A DNA stretch of 64,000 bases. Source: an uncultured Spirochaetales bacterium. Its GTDB lineage: Bacteria; Spirochaetota; Spirochaetia; Treponematales; JBGSOB01. Below are positions 17,972 through 30,390 of the stretch, piece by piece; position 1 is the stretch's first letter, and every line of letters begins with the position of its first letter. The notes beneath the pieces were generated by a model, which did not search any database, was not told where the DNA came from, and was given only the letters and a program-made list of their open reading frames with translations. The position numbers were made by a program, and so were the translations under genes. The DNA lies in the NCBI GenBank assembly GCA_964399285.1, contig CAYNQK010000001.1, forward strand, positions 90 through 64,089. The letters run 5' to 3'.

Positions 17972-19231
17972 TCATTTCCGGCCGTACACGGGCATTGGCG
18001 CGGTCCGGCCCCGCATGAGCACCTCGCCGAGCGGCAGGAACTTCGATTGGTTTTCGAGGCTGAGTTTCCTATAGATATTCTGGTCGATGACGATGTCCTG
18101 CCTGAATTCCCTGCAGAGCCCCTGCATGCGGGACGCGATGCTCACGGGATATCCCAGGAAGGATCGCTGGCGCTTTTCGGGTCCGCCTAGATCGGCGACG
18201 ATCACCTCGCCGCAGGAAAGGCCGATCCCGACGCCCCTGACGATCGGCAGGTTCCGTATCGCGAACTCCTCCTGGAAGGCCGGGAGCTGATCGAGGAAAT
18301 CCAAGGAGCAGTTCACCGCCTGATTCGCGTAGTCCTGCATGCCGGGCCCGAAGGTGATCATGACCGCGTCGCCCATGTGCTTGTCGATAACGCCGCCGTA
18401 CTTCGCCGATAGGACGCTCCACGTGGAAAAATAGAGGTTGAGGCATTCGGCGATGGCCTCGGGCGGTTCCTTCTCCGTGATCTGGGTGAAGCTTCGGATA
18501 TCCGCCCAGAGGACCGAGATCTCGGAGGTATCCGTGGTCGTGGCCGGCGGAACGGGTTCCGTGGCGCGCGCCTCGGGATCGACCTCGAACAGGAAGGAGA
18601 TCCGGTGCTTGAGAGAGATGATCCTGATGCGGCCAATGCCGAGGATACAGCCGATGAGAAGGCAAGCGAAGATCGCGAAGCGGTTGCGCGGGGCGGTCAC
18701 GAAGCCCGCGAACGACGGGATGAAGTTGAAGATGCTGAAGAAGTCCGATGCCTGCGCGCCCGACATGAGTTCAGCCGCGGATTTGACGCCGAAGGAAAGC
18801 ATCAGGTCGTAGTAGAAGGTGAGGAAGATGAAGACCAGGACCGTGCCCATCGAGAGCACGAACTCGAGGATCTTTTTCCCGCCCATCGTGCTCGATCGAT
18901 TCGCGAAGGCCCGGATGAGGGAGAGGGACATCTGCGTTGACCAAAAGAAGAGCAGGTTCATGTTGAGCGGCGAGAGTCCGCCGTACCAGGCCTGGATCAC
19001 GGTGAACAGGAGGGGACAGATCAATGAGAAGCCGAATCGGAGGGCGGTCCTGTCCCCGAACCGGACGAGGAGCCCCGTCTGGGCGATCAAGCCGATCGTC
19101 AGGACGAGAAGGCTTGGATTCTGAAAAAGATTGACTCGCTCGACGGCGAGCGCGAGCACGATGAAGAAGAGCGTGTATTGCCCTGAAGAAAGGAGCAGTT
19201 CGTCGAGGAACCGCCTGATCGCATGGAACAC
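17972..19231 (-). CDS. membrane-anchored class III adenylate/guanylate cyclase
   Basis: About six N-terminal TM segments, then the cyclase core ISVLWADIRSFTQ...GGVIDKHMGDAVMITFG...GLSCGEV. GTG start. Confidence 0.85.
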   Translation of the reverse strand: MFHAIRRFLDELLLSSGQYTLFFIVLALAVERVNLFQNPSLLVLTIGLIAQTGLLVRFGDRTALRFGFSLICPLLFTVIQAWYGGLSPLNMNLLFFWSTQMSLSLIRAFANRSSTMGGKKILEFVLSMGTVLVFIFLTFYYDLMLSFGVKSAAELMSGAQASDFFSIFNFIPSFAGFVTAPRNRFAIFACLLIGCILGIGRIRIISLKHRISFLFEVDPEARATEPVPPATTTDTSEISVLWADIRSFTQITEKEPPEAIAECLNLYFSTWSVLSAKYGGVIDKHMGDAVMITFGPGMQDYANQAVNCSLDFLDQLPAFQEEFAIRNLPIVRGVGIGLSCGEVIVADLGGPEKRQRSFLGYPVSIASRMQGLCREFRQDIVIDQNIYRKLSLENQSKFLPLGEVLMRGRTAPMPVYGRK

Positions 19232-19237
19232 GCGGCC

Positions 19238-19266
19238 AGTATAGGGATGGGAGGAATCCTTGTCAA
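19238..19266 (-). promoter_or_regulatory. near-consensus sigma70 promoter of the cyclase gene
   Basis: Minus strand: TTGACA (19266-19261), 17 nt, TATACT (19243-19238), 6 nt, GTG 19231. Confidence 0.55.
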
Positions 19267-19309
19267 AAGTCCCGTAACGCGGGGATAAAGTTCAATGTGT
19301 TGACAGGAT

Positions 19310-19343
19310 AAAAAAAGGGGGTGTTTCACGTGAAACACCCCCC
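19310..19343 (-). terminator. rho-independent terminator after gyrA
   Basis: Perfect palindrome GGGGGTGTTTCACGTGAAACACCCCC, followed on the minus strand by TTTTTTT. Confidence 0.85.
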
Positions 19344-19352
19344 TGATCCGCA

Positions 19353-21968
19353 TCAGTCTTCGGATTCCTCGTCGGGTTTTTGCTTTGAACCCTCCGAAGG
19401 ATCCTCTTCTTCGGAATTTTCTATCGGGATGCCTTCGTTCACATCCACAGGGCTTTCGTTCTCGAGGAGCTCCCCCTGAGTCGGCTTCGCAAGCCGCTCC
19501 CTTCGTTCCTCTTCCGAGGCCACGGCGATCTTCTGTTGTTCGTCTTCTCGAACGATCTTATCGAGCCCGGTCACGAAATCGGGCCGCTCGATCGTCACGA
19601 TTTTCACGCCGCGCGCGCCCTTGCCCTGGATGCTCACGTCGCTCGCCTGGAATTTGATCGATTTCCCCTGGGAGGTGATCACCATGACCTCGTCATCGTC
19701 CTTCACGGTGATGGCCCCGGAGAGTTCTCCTGTTTTCTCGTCGGGAACGTAGATGACCTGGCCCCTCGTTCCTCGCCCGTGGGCGTTGAAATGGGAGAAC
19801 TCGGTCCGCTTCCCGTATCCGTTCTCGCTCACGAGGAGCATCTTTTCGGCGTCGTTGACGCGGAGCATGGCGGCGAGTTCGTCGGCTTTCTCTAAACGGA
19901 TGCCGATGATGCCGCGTGAAGCCCGCCCCATGGATCGAACGTCCGTCTCGGTCATCCTGAGGGCCTGTCCCTGCCGTGTGATGAGGACGACCTCGTCCTT
20001 CCCCGTGGTGAGGCAGGCGCTCACGAGATGATCGCCGTCATCGAGCGAGATGCCGATGATGCCCCTCGTCTTGGCGTTCCGGAATTCGCTCGTCATCACT
20101 TTCTTCACGACGCCGCGGAGCGTGCCCATGAGGAGGTAGGTGTCTTCGGTGAAGTCCTTGAGATCCACGATCGTGGTGATTTCCTCGTTCGGGGATATCT
20201 GGAGGAAGCCCTTGATGTGGCTGCCGCGGGCGTGCCGGGACGCCTCGGGAATCTCGTGCACCTTGATCCAGTAGGCCTTGCCCGCGCTCGAGATGAACAG
20301 GAGGTAGTCGTGGGTATTGGCGACGAATATCTGCTGGATGTAATCGTCTTCGATGAGGGTCGAGGCGTTGCTGCCCTTCCCTCCCCTGCCCTGAGCCCGG
20401 TAGGCCGAAGTGGGGATACGCTTCACGTAGCCGCGATTGGAGATGAGGATGACCATCTCCTCCCGCTTGATGAGGTCCTCGATGTTGATTTCCTCGACCT
20501 CGTCCGCGACCACCTCGGTCTTGCGGGAATTCGCGAACTTCTCGCCGAGCGCCCGGCTTTCGTCCTTCACGACGCCGAGGATCTTGGCCTCCGAGGAGAG
20601 GAGGTCCTCCAAATGGGCGATAAGGGCGCGGACTTCCGCCAATTCCGCCTCGATTTTCTCGGTTTCCAGGGAAGTGAGCTTACCGAGGCGCATGTCCACG
20701 ATGGCCTGGGACTGTATCTCCGAAAGCGAGAATCGCTCCATGAGTTTTAGCTTGGCGGCTTCGACGTTGGCGGAGGCCTTGATGATGGCCACCACCTCGT
20801 CGATGTTCTCCAGGGCGATCACGAGGCCTTGCAGGATGTGCTCGCGCTCTCGGGCCTTCCGGAGGTCGAATTTGGTGCGCCGGGTTATGACCTCGACGCG
20901 GTGCTTCACGAAATACTGGATGAGGTCCTTGATGGAGAGGAGCCTGGGCATCCCGTCCACGAGCGCGAGGTTGATGATGCCGAAGGTGGACTGGAGCGCC
21001 GTGTGCGTGAAGAGCTGGTTCAGGATCAGCTTGGGGACGGCGCCTTTCTTCACCTCGATGACGATGCGCATGCCCTCGCGGTCGGATTCGTCCCTGAGGT
21101 CCCCGATCCCGTCGATGACCTTCTCCCGGACGAGCTCCGCGATCCGGGAAACGAGCTGGGCCTTGTTCACGGCATAGGGAATTTCCGTGAAGATGATGGA
21201 TTCCTTGCCGGATTTGCTGGTTTCTATGTTGAATTTGCCGCGGACGATGATCTTGCCGCGTCCGGTCTTGTAGGCGTCGCGGATGCCCTTCCGTCCGAAG
21301 ATGATCCCGCCCGTGGGGAAATCCGGCGCGGTGATGTGCTTCATCAGCTCTTCCACGGTGATATCGGGCTTGTCGACGTAGGCGCAGATGGCGGCGATGG
21401 TCTCCCCGAGGTTGTGGGGAGGCATGTTGGTGGCCATGCCCACCGCGATCCCGCTCGAGCCGTTGACTATGAGGTTGGGGAAGGCCGAAGGAAGGACGCT
21501 CGGCTCCATGAGGGACGCGTCGTAGTTGGGGACGAAGTCGACCGTTTCCTTGTCCAGGTCGACGAGCATCTCCTCGCCCACCTTGGAGAGCTTGGCCTCG
21601 GTATAGCGCGAGGCCGCGGGGGGGTCGCCGTCCACCGAGCCGAAGTTGCCCTGGCCATGGACCAACGGGTGCCTGAGCGAGAAATCCTGGGCCATGCGGA
21701 CGAGGGCGTCGTAGAGCGAGAGGTCGCCGTGCGGGTGGTACTTTCCCATCGCGTCGCCCGTGATGCGGGCGCTCTTCTTGGTCGCCGCGTTGGGCCTGAG
21801 GCCGAGCTCATCCATGGCGTAGAGGAGCCGCCTGTGCACGGGCTTGAGCCCGTCGCGGACGTCGGGAAGGGCCCGCGCCACGATGACCGACATCGCGTAA
21901 TTGAGGTAAGAGGTCTTCACCTCCTCCTCGATGGGTACGGGAATAGTCTTTCCGATCAGTTCAGCCAT
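19353..21968 (-). CDS. gyrA: DNA gyrase subunit A
   Basis: [33 protein letters not shown] and [10 protein letters not shown] (catalytic Tyr). Acidic C-terminal tail. Confidence 0.97.
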   Translation of the reverse strand: MAELIGKTIPVPIEEEVKTSYLNYAMSVIVARALPDVRDGLKPVHRRLLYAMDELGLRPNAATKKSARITGDAMGKYHPHGDLSLYDALVRMAQDFSLRHPLVHGQGNFGSVDGDPPAASRYTEAKLSKVGEEMLVDLDKETVDFVPNYDASLMEPSVLPSAFPNLIVNGSSGIAVGMATNMPPHNLGETIAAICAYVDKPDITVEELMKHITAPDFPTGGIIFGRKGIRDAYKTGRGKIIVRGKFNIETSKSGKESIIFTEIPYAVNKAQLVSRIAELVREKVIDGIGDLRDESDREGMRIVIEVKKGAVPKLILNQLFTHTALQSTFGIINLALVDGMPRLLSIKDLIQYFVKHRVEVITRRTKFDLRKAREREHILQGLVIALENIDEVVAIIKASANVEAAKLKLMERFSLSEIQSQAIVDMRLGKLTSLETEKIEAELAEVRALIAHLEDLLSSEAKILGVVKDESRALGEKFANSRKTEVVADEVEEINIEDLIKREEMVILISNRGYVKRIPTSAYRAQGRGGKGSNASTLIEDDYIQQIFVANTHDYLLFISSAGKAYWIKVHEIPEASRHARGSHIKGFLQISPNEEITTIVDLKDFTEDTYLLMGTLRGVVKKVMTSEFRNAKTRGIIGISLDDGDHLVSACLTTGKDEVVLITRQGQALRMTETDVRSMGRASRGIIGIRLEKADELAAMLRVNDAEKMLLVSENGYGKRTEFSHFNAHGRGTRGQVIYVPDEKTGELSGAITVKDDDEVMVITSQGKSIKFQASDVSIQGKGARGVKIVTIERPDFVTGLDKIVREDEQQKIAVASEEERRERLAKPTQGELLENESPVDVNEGIPIENSEEEDPSEGSKQKPDEESED

Positions 21969-21979
21969 GGTTCAATCAC

Positions 21980-24306
<2,327 letters not shown>

Positions 24307-25713
24307 ATGATGAGCGAAAAGGCCCCTGAATGGGACTACAGCCTCTTTTGGAAAGAGGCCATGAACCAGATCCGACAAGAGATCAGCGAACAGGAATTCG
24401 TGATGTGGTTCAACGTGGAATACGCTTCCTCATCGGAATCCAAGATCACCGTCTCGGTCCCTTCGGCCTTCTATAAGGACCAGCTCGTTCAAAGATATCT
24501 CCCCCTCATCGAGACGAAGCTCCACGAGCTCTCCGGACGCGAACTCTCAGTGGATTTCATCGTTCGGAAAAAGAAGGGGGAGGAGCAAAAGCCCAGGATC
24601 CAGGTTCCGGAGCCCGAAAAGCCCGGAAAGCCGGCGGAGAAGGCCCAGCAGGCGCCCCCCCCGAAACGGTCGGCCCATCCGCGCCTCAAGCCGGAATATA
24701 CCTTCGAGAGCTTCGTCATCGGGGAGAACAATTCCTTCGCGGCCAACGCCGCCAACGCGATCGCCCGGAATCCCGGGACGACCTACAACCCCTACCTCCT
24801 GTACGGAGGAGTCGGACTGGGAAAGACCCACCTGATGCAGGCTATCGGCAACCACGTCTATCAGACGAACGAGAAGGCCAAGGTCCTTTGCATCACGGCC
24901 GAGGAGTTCACGAACGAGTTCATCCAATCCATCCAGGACAAGACGACCACGGCCTTCAAGAACAAGTACCGGCACGTCGACGTCCTCCTCATAGACGACA
25001 TCCACTTCCTCCAGAACAAGCTCGGAAGCCAGGAAGAGCTCTTCCATACGTTCAATGCCCTGTACGACTCGGGAAAACAGCTCGTCTTCACCTGCGACCG
25101 CCCCGTGAGCGAACTCAAGAACCTCTCCGACAGGCTCCGTTCTCGGTTCGAGCGCGGCCTCAACGTCGACCTCCAGCCGCCGAATTACGAGACCCGGGTC
25201 GCCATCCTGAAGAAGAAGATCGAGGACAAGGGCTATACGATTTCCCTCGAGGTCATGGAAATAATCGCCAAGAACATTTCCACCAACGTCCGTGACCTGG
25301 AGGCCGCCCTCACGAGGCTCGTGGCCTACGCCGATCTCGTGAAAAAGGAAGTCTCTCCCGAAATCGCGCAACACCAGCTCAAGGACATGTTCGGCCAGTC
25401 GCGCCAGGGCAATGTCACGGCGGAGAACATCCAGAAGGTCGTAGCGGAGTATTTCAATCTGTCGTTCAGCGATTTACGAGGTAAAAAGAAGACAAAGGCT
25501 ATCGTTTTTCCGAGGCAGCTCGCCATGTATATCACCCGGGACATGACGGAGTTCTCGACAACCGAGATCGGCATGGAATTCGGAGGGAGAGACCATACGA
25601 CGGTCATGCACGCGTGTCAGAAAATCGATGAGCGGAAGAAAACGGATCCGACGCTCGATTCGACGATTCAGAAGCTCGTTCGGTCGATTAAGGAATATAG
25701 TACAAAGGCGTAA
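24307..25713 (+). CDS. dnaA: chromosomal replication initiator DnaA
   Basis: NPYLLYGGVGLGKTHLMQAIG, LLIDDIHFL and the domain IV sequence GGRDHTTVMHACQKI. Confidence 0.97.
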   Translation: MMSEKAPEWDYSLFWKEAMNQIRQEISEQEFVMWFNVEYASSSESKITVSVPSAFYKDQLVQRYLPLIETKLHELSGRELSVDFIVRKKKGEEQKPRIQVPEPEKPGKPAEKAQQAPPPKRSAHPRLKPEYTFESFVIGENNSFAANAANAIARNPGTTYNPYLLYGGVGLGKTHLMQAIGNHVYQTNEKAKVLCITAEEFTNEFIQSIQDKTTTAFKNKYRHVDVLLIDDIHFLQNKLGSQEELFHTFNALYDSGKQLVFTCDRPVSELKNLSDRLRSRFERGLNVDLQPPNYETRVAILKKKIEDKGYTISLEVMEIIAKNISTNVRDLEAALTRLVAYADLVKKEVSPEIAQHQLKDMFGQSRQGNVTAENIQKVVAEYFNLSFSDLRGKKKTKAIVFPRQLAMYITRDMTEFSTTEIGMEFGGRDHTTVMHACQKIDERKKTDPTLDSTIQKLVRSIKEYSTKA

Positions 25714-25915
25714 AACCATGGTACTATCCGCCCTGATCCTGTGGATGGATATGCACCCTCGTGGAATTGTGGATTGATGAACAGGATAGGCGTTTTATCG
25801 AGGTACGTGTAAATCTTATTTGAAAAAGGATTTGCGGAGATATCCACAAATCCACAGTCCTTATTATTATGACTACTGATGAATTTAAATTCAGTATTGG
25901 GAAGAGGAGGGGATT
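25714..25915. other. second DnaA-box-like cluster (dnaA-dnaN spacer)
   Basis: TGTGGATGG 25740-25748, TGTGGATTG 25768-25776, ATATCCACA 25840-25848 and AAATCCACA 25848-25856. Each has 1-2 mismatches and the TCCACA core is intact. Confidence 0.4.
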
Positions 25916-27019
25916 ATGAAGTTCACCTGCGAAAAAAGCGCTCTCCAGAAGGAAATCGCGTTCTCACAGGAAATCATATCCACGAAAAACAGCATTTCCG
26001 TCCTCTCGAACGTCCTTTTGAAGGCGGAAGGCGCGAGTCTCTCTATCAAAGCGACTGACATCAAGGTATTTTTCGAGACCGCTCTTCCGGTAGACGTGCA
26101 GAAAGAGGGATCCGTCACGGTCTATTGCGATAAATTCCTCACGATCCTCTCGACCATACCCGACGGTGAAATCGAAATTGAACTCGTCGATCAGAAAGTC
26201 GTCATTAAGCCGCTCTTTAAGAAAATCAAATTCCAGCTGAGAAGCATCTCATCGGATAAATTCCCCGAGTTCCCCTTCACTGACGAAAAAGGATATTTCT
26301 CTCTTCCCGCGCGAACGGTCAAGGAGATGGTCGGGAACACTATTTTCGCCGTGTCGGACGATGAAACGCGGTACTTCATGAATGGCGTCTACATGGAGAA
26401 GGCGGGAAAAGACCTGGTGATGGTCGCTACCGACGGTAGGCGTCTCTCGTTCGCCAAAAAACAGGCGGAAGGGAACATCCCTGATTTCAAGGGCATCATC
26501 ATCCCGCCGAAGCTCCTTAACGTCATTCTGAGGCATTCAGGAGACGAGAATCCCGTTTCCTTCGCCATCTCCGAGAAGAACCTCTTCGTCAGGTTCGGGA
26601 ATTACGCCATCTCCTCGGTGCTGATCGAAGGACAGTTCCCCAACTACAAGAGAGTCATTCCCGAGACGCAGAAGAGCCAATTCATGGTCAAGCGCCTGGA
26701 ACTGCTCGAGGCCCTCAAGCGCATAGCCATCCTCGTGGAACAGAAATCCCGGAGGACCTTCCTCGCGCTCTCGGATAACGAACTCGCCATCTCCTCCGAG
26801 GAGGGAGAGATCGGAGCCGCGAAGGAAGAGATCGCCTGCGAATACGAGGGCCCCTCGATCACCATGGCGCTCAACTACAAATACCTCGAGGAGCCGCTCA
26901 AGGTCATGGATTCGGAGATCGTGACCGTTTCCTTCACCGAACCGACGAAAGCCATCACCGTCAACGCCGAGCCCGTGAAGGATTATTTCCATATCGTCAT
27001 GCCCATGCAGATCGAATAA
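25916..27019 (+). CDS. dnaN: DNA polymerase III beta sliding clamp
   Basis: MKFTCEKSALQKEI start, three-domain length (367 aa), SD GAGGAGGGG upstream, C-terminal MPMQIE. Confidence 0.95.
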   Translation: MKFTCEKSALQKEIAFSQEIISTKNSISVLSNVLLKAEGASLSIKATDIKVFFETALPVDVQKEGSVTVYCDKFLTILSTIPDGEIEIELVDQKVVIKPLFKKIKFQLRSISSDKFPEFPFTDEKGYFSLPARTVKEMVGNTIFAVSDDETRYFMNGVYMEKAGKDLVMVATDGRRLSFAKKQAEGNIPDFKGIIIPPKLLNVILRHSGDENPVSFAISEKNLFVRFGNYAISSVLIEGQFPNYKRVIPETQKSQFMVKRLELLEALKRIAILVEQKSRRTFLALSDNELAISSEEGEIGAAKEEIACEYEGPSITMALNYKYLEEPLKVMDSEIVTVSFTEPTKAITVNAEPVKDYFHIVMPMQIE

Positions 27020-27022
27020 GGC

Positions 27023-28117
27023 ATGCTGAGGAGGATCGCCCTTTCTCGGTTCCGGAATTTCGAGAGCGCCGATATCAGGACCGACGCGGCCGACGTGTTT
27101 TTCGTCGGAGAGAACGGGCAGGGCAAGACGAACCTCCTCGAGGCGGTCTATTTCCTGAGTTTCGCCTCCAGTTTCCGCTCGTCCATGGACTTCGAATCCG
27201 TCATGCACGGATACGAGGAGGCAGAGGCGGAGGGCGAGTACGGATCGGAGGGCGACGCGGGACTCGAACGCGTGAAAGTGCGGATATCAAAGGATCGGAA
27301 ATCCATCCACGTGGACGGAAAGCCCGTTCAGGACAGGAGGGCCCTCATACAAGCCCGGCCCTGCGTCGTGTTCGGGCACGAGGACCTGGATTTCGCCGTT
27401 GGCGGACCGGAACGACGGCGCTTTTTCTTCGATCAGACGGCGGCCCTCGCGTATCCGTACTACCTGGATTATCTCAGGGATTATAAGCGCGTTCTCAAGA
27501 TGAGGAACGCCTGCCTCAGGGAAGGCCGCGGGGACCTCATCGAAATCCTGGACGAACAGCTCGTCAGGCACGGATTCGAGCTCATCGATACGAGGAAGAA
27601 GGTCGTGGACGCCTTTTCCTCGCTGTTCACCGCGACATACGCGGAAGTCTCCCGGCTAGGCGTCGACGTGGAGATAGCGTATCAGCCCGCCTGGAGCGAT
27701 GCTGACGACGCCATGGCGAAACTCAGTGATAACCTGGAAATGGACCGGGAACGGGGGCTCACGGCGTCGGGACCGCACCGGGATAGGTTCTTGTTTAAGG
27801 CCGCGGGGCGCAATTTCGCCAAGACGGCCTCGACGGGCCAGCTCAGGCTCCTCAGTCTCGTGCTCCGGAGCTGCCAGGCGCGGTACTACGGAGAGATGAG
27901 CGGACGGAAGCCCATGCTCCTCATGGACGACGTGCTCCTGGAACTGGATCCCGAGAAGCGGCGGCGCTTCATGGCCACCCTCCCCGATCGGGAGCAGACC
28001 TTCTCGACCTTCCTCCCCGGTGAGCCGTATGATGCGTATAAACGACAAGAAACGATCGTGTACGGGGTCGAGAACGGCGTCGCGACCCTCATGGAAGGGG
28101 CTGCCGCTCATGGATAA
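27023..28117 (+). CDS. recF: DNA replication/repair protein RecF
   Basis: FRNFE, Walker A GENGQGKTNLLEA, signature SGPHRD...STGQLR and Walker B LLMDDV. Confidence 0.93.
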   Translation: MLRRIALSRFRNFESADIRTDAADVFFVGENGQGKTNLLEAVYFLSFASSFRSSMDFESVMHGYEEAEAEGEYGSEGDAGLERVKVRISKDRKSIHVDGKPVQDRRALIQARPCVVFGHEDLDFAVGGPERRRFFFDQTAALAYPYYLDYLRDYKRVLKMRNACLREGRGDLIEILDEQLVRHGFELIDTRKKVVDAFSSLFTATYAEVSRLGVDVEIAYQPAWSDADDAMAKLSDNLEMDRERGLTASGPHRDRFLFKAAGRNFAKTASTGQLRLLSLVLRSCQARYYGEMSGRKPMLLMDDVLLELDPEKRRRFMATLPDREQTFSTFLPGEPYDAYKRQETIVYGVENGVATLMEGAAAHG

Positions 28118-29609
28118 GAAACTCAAGGTGCTCTTCGTGGCCTCGGAGATGGCGCCTTTCATCAAGACGGGGGGCCTCGCGGACGTGACGGGCGTCCTGC
28201 CCAAAACGCTCGCCAAGATGGGCCATGAGGTCATCTGCGTCATCCCGAAATACGCCGATCTCAAGCTCGGCGAACGGTTCGTGCACGCGACGAGCCGCGC
28301 GATGAACGTGTGGATGGGCACCAAGGAGGAATGGTGCTCGGTCTTCATGGTCGAGGAGCAGGGCGTCCGCGTCTACCTCGTCGAGCACCACGATTTTTTC
28401 TCACGGCCCCTCCTCTACCACGACGCCGAGTTCAATGATTACGCCGATAATCCCGCGCGTTTCGCGTTCCTGAGCCGCGCCTCGCTCGAGCTCGCCAAGC
28501 TCATCAAGTTCGAACCCGACATCGTCCACGCGCACGATTGGCAGACGGCGGCCACGGCGGCGTACCTCAAGACCTGGCATTGGAACGATCCCGTGCTGGG
28601 GAAGGCCGCGTCCCTCCTCACGATCCACAACGCGAGCTACCAGGGGGTCTATCCGGCCTCCTGGTATCCGTACACGGGCCTTCGGTGGGAGGATTTCAAC
28701 GCCGGCGTCTTCGAGTGCTACGGGGGCATGGGTCTCCTCAAGGGCGGCATCGTCTACGCGGACGCGGTGAACACGGTGAGCCCCGGCTACGCGCGGGAGA
28801 TATCGACGCCCTACTCTCCCTCGGGCCTCGCGCCCTATCTCGCGGACAAGAAGGACGGCTTCGCGGGCATCCTCAACGGAGTCGAATACGAGCTCTGGAA
28901 TCCCGAGACCGACAAGCGGATCGTCGCGCGGTACTCGAGGGCGGACATGTCGGGGAAGCGGAAATGCAAGGACGAGCTCCAGCGCTCCTTCGGGCTCCAG
29001 CGAGACCCGAACGTCCTCCTCATGGGGATCGTGGGGCGCTTCACCGAGCAGAAGGGATACAGCCTCCTCACCCAGTGCATCGACGCCGTGCTGAACGACA
29101 TGGCCGTGCAGTTCGTGGTGCTGGGAACGGGGGATCCGGCCCTCCAGGATTTCTTCAGGGACATCGGTGCCCGGCATCCGGGCAAGGCCGGCGCGAGGAT
29201 CGGCTACAGCGAGGACCTCTCGCACATGATCGAGGCGGGAGCCGATCTCTTCCTCATGCCGAGCGTCTTCGAGCCCTGCGGCCTCAATCAGCTCTATTCC
29301 CTCAAGTACGGGACCCTGCCGCTCGTGCGCGCGACGGGGGGGCTCGACGACACGGTGGAGCAGTACGACGAGAGGACGGGCGCGGGCACGGGCTTCAAAT
29401 TCAAGGACCTCGACGCAAAGGCGCTCTATTACTGCATCGGATGGGCGGTAAGCACGTATTACGACCGGCGCGACCATTGGGACGTCATGGTCGATAGGGC
29501 CATGTCCCGGGAATTCACCTGGGAGGAATCCGCCGCTAAATACGTCGATCTCTATGAGGTCGCGATGCGGAGGAAGAAAGCCTGGGACGATGGCGACTTG
29601 AGGCCATGA
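28110..29609 (+). CDS. glgA: glycogen synthase (GT5, ADP-glucose type)
   Basis: MDKKLKVLFVASEMAPFIKTGGLADV and FEPCGLNQLYSLKYGT. The ATG overlaps the recF stop by 8 nt. Confidence 0.93.
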   Translation: MDKKLKVLFVASEMAPFIKTGGLADVTGVLPKTLAKMGHEVICVIPKYADLKLGERFVHATSRAMNVWMGTKEEWCSVFMVEEQGVRVYLVEHHDFFSRPLLYHDAEFNDYADNPARFAFLSRASLELAKLIKFEPDIVHAHDWQTAATAAYLKTWHWNDPVLGKAASLLTIHNASYQGVYPASWYPYTGLRWEDFNAGVFECYGGMGLLKGGIVYADAVNTVSPGYAREISTPYSPSGLAPYLADKKDGFAGILNGVEYELWNPETDKRIVARYSRADMSGKRKCKDELQRSFGLQRDPNVLLMGIVGRFTEQKGYSLLTQCIDAVLNDMAVQFVVLGTGDPALQDFFRDIGARHPGKAGARIGYSEDLSHMIEAGADLFLMPSVFEPCGLNQLYSLKYGTLPLVRATGGLDDTVEQYDERTGAGTGFKFKDLDAKALYYCIGWAVSTYYDRRDHWDVMVDRAMSREFTWEESAAKYVDLYEVAMRRKKAWDDGDLRP

Positions 29610-29726
29610 TGCCGGGTCCGGACGGGCGCCGCGACGGCTTCTCGAATCCATCGCGAAACCCGGGACCTTGAGGAAGCCCGTCCTTCCTGGTATCCTCCCA
29701 CCGATCGATTCCCTGGAGGATTTTCC

Positions 29727-30347
29727 ATGCACCTTGTCTGCCTAGATCTCGAAGGCGTCCTCGTTCCTGAAATCTGGATCGCGTTTTCTCGCGCCACCGG
29801 AATCGACGAGCTCAAGATCACCACGCGGGACGAGCCCGATTACGATAAGCTCATGAAGTTCCGGATCGGCGTCCTCGCGCGGCACGGCCTCAAGCTCGCG
29901 GATATCCAGCGAGTGATCGGGACCCTGGATCCCCTGCCGGGCGCCAAGGAATTCATGACCGACCTCCGCGCCATGACCCAGGTCATCATCCTCTCGGATA
30001 CCTTCACGCAGTTCGCGAAGCCCCTCATGGAGAAGCTCGCCTGGCCCACGCTCTTCTGCAACACCCTCGAGATCGGGGACGACGGTTCGGTCACGGGGTA
30101 CGTCCTCAGGCAGAAGGAAGGCAAGAAGCGCTCCGTGGAGGCCCTGAAGTCGCTCAATTTCCGCGTGATGGCCGCGGGGGATTCCTACAATGACCTCGCC
30201 ATGCTCAGGGCGGCCGACGCGGCCGCGCTCTTCAAGGCCCCCGACGGGATCAAGTCGGCCAATCCAGACCTGCCGGCCATGGACGCCTACGGGGATCTCC
30301 TCGCTATCGCGAGAACCTTCGTTTCCGGGACGGAGCGGGGCGCGTGA
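29727..30347 (+). CDS. thrH: ThrH-like HAD phosphatase (phosphoserine phosphatase / homoserine phosphotransferase)
   Basis: Collinear with my memory of Pseudomonas ThrH: CLDLEGVLVPEIWIAF...TTRDEPDYDKLM...ILSDTF...AAGDSYND. Confidence 0.8.
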   Translation: MHLVCLDLEGVLVPEIWIAFSRATGIDELKITTRDEPDYDKLMKFRIGVLARHGLKLADIQRVIGTLDPLPGAKEFMTDLRAMTQVIILSDTFTQFAKPLMEKLAWPTLFCNTLEIGDDGSVTGYVLRQKEGKKRSVEALKSLNFRVMAAGDSYNDLAMLRAADAAALFKAPDGIKSANPDLPAMDAYGDLLAIARTFVSGTERGA

Positions 30348-30390
30348 AGCCCGGTTCGACGGGAGCGCCGCGTTCTTGTCGAACCGCCTC

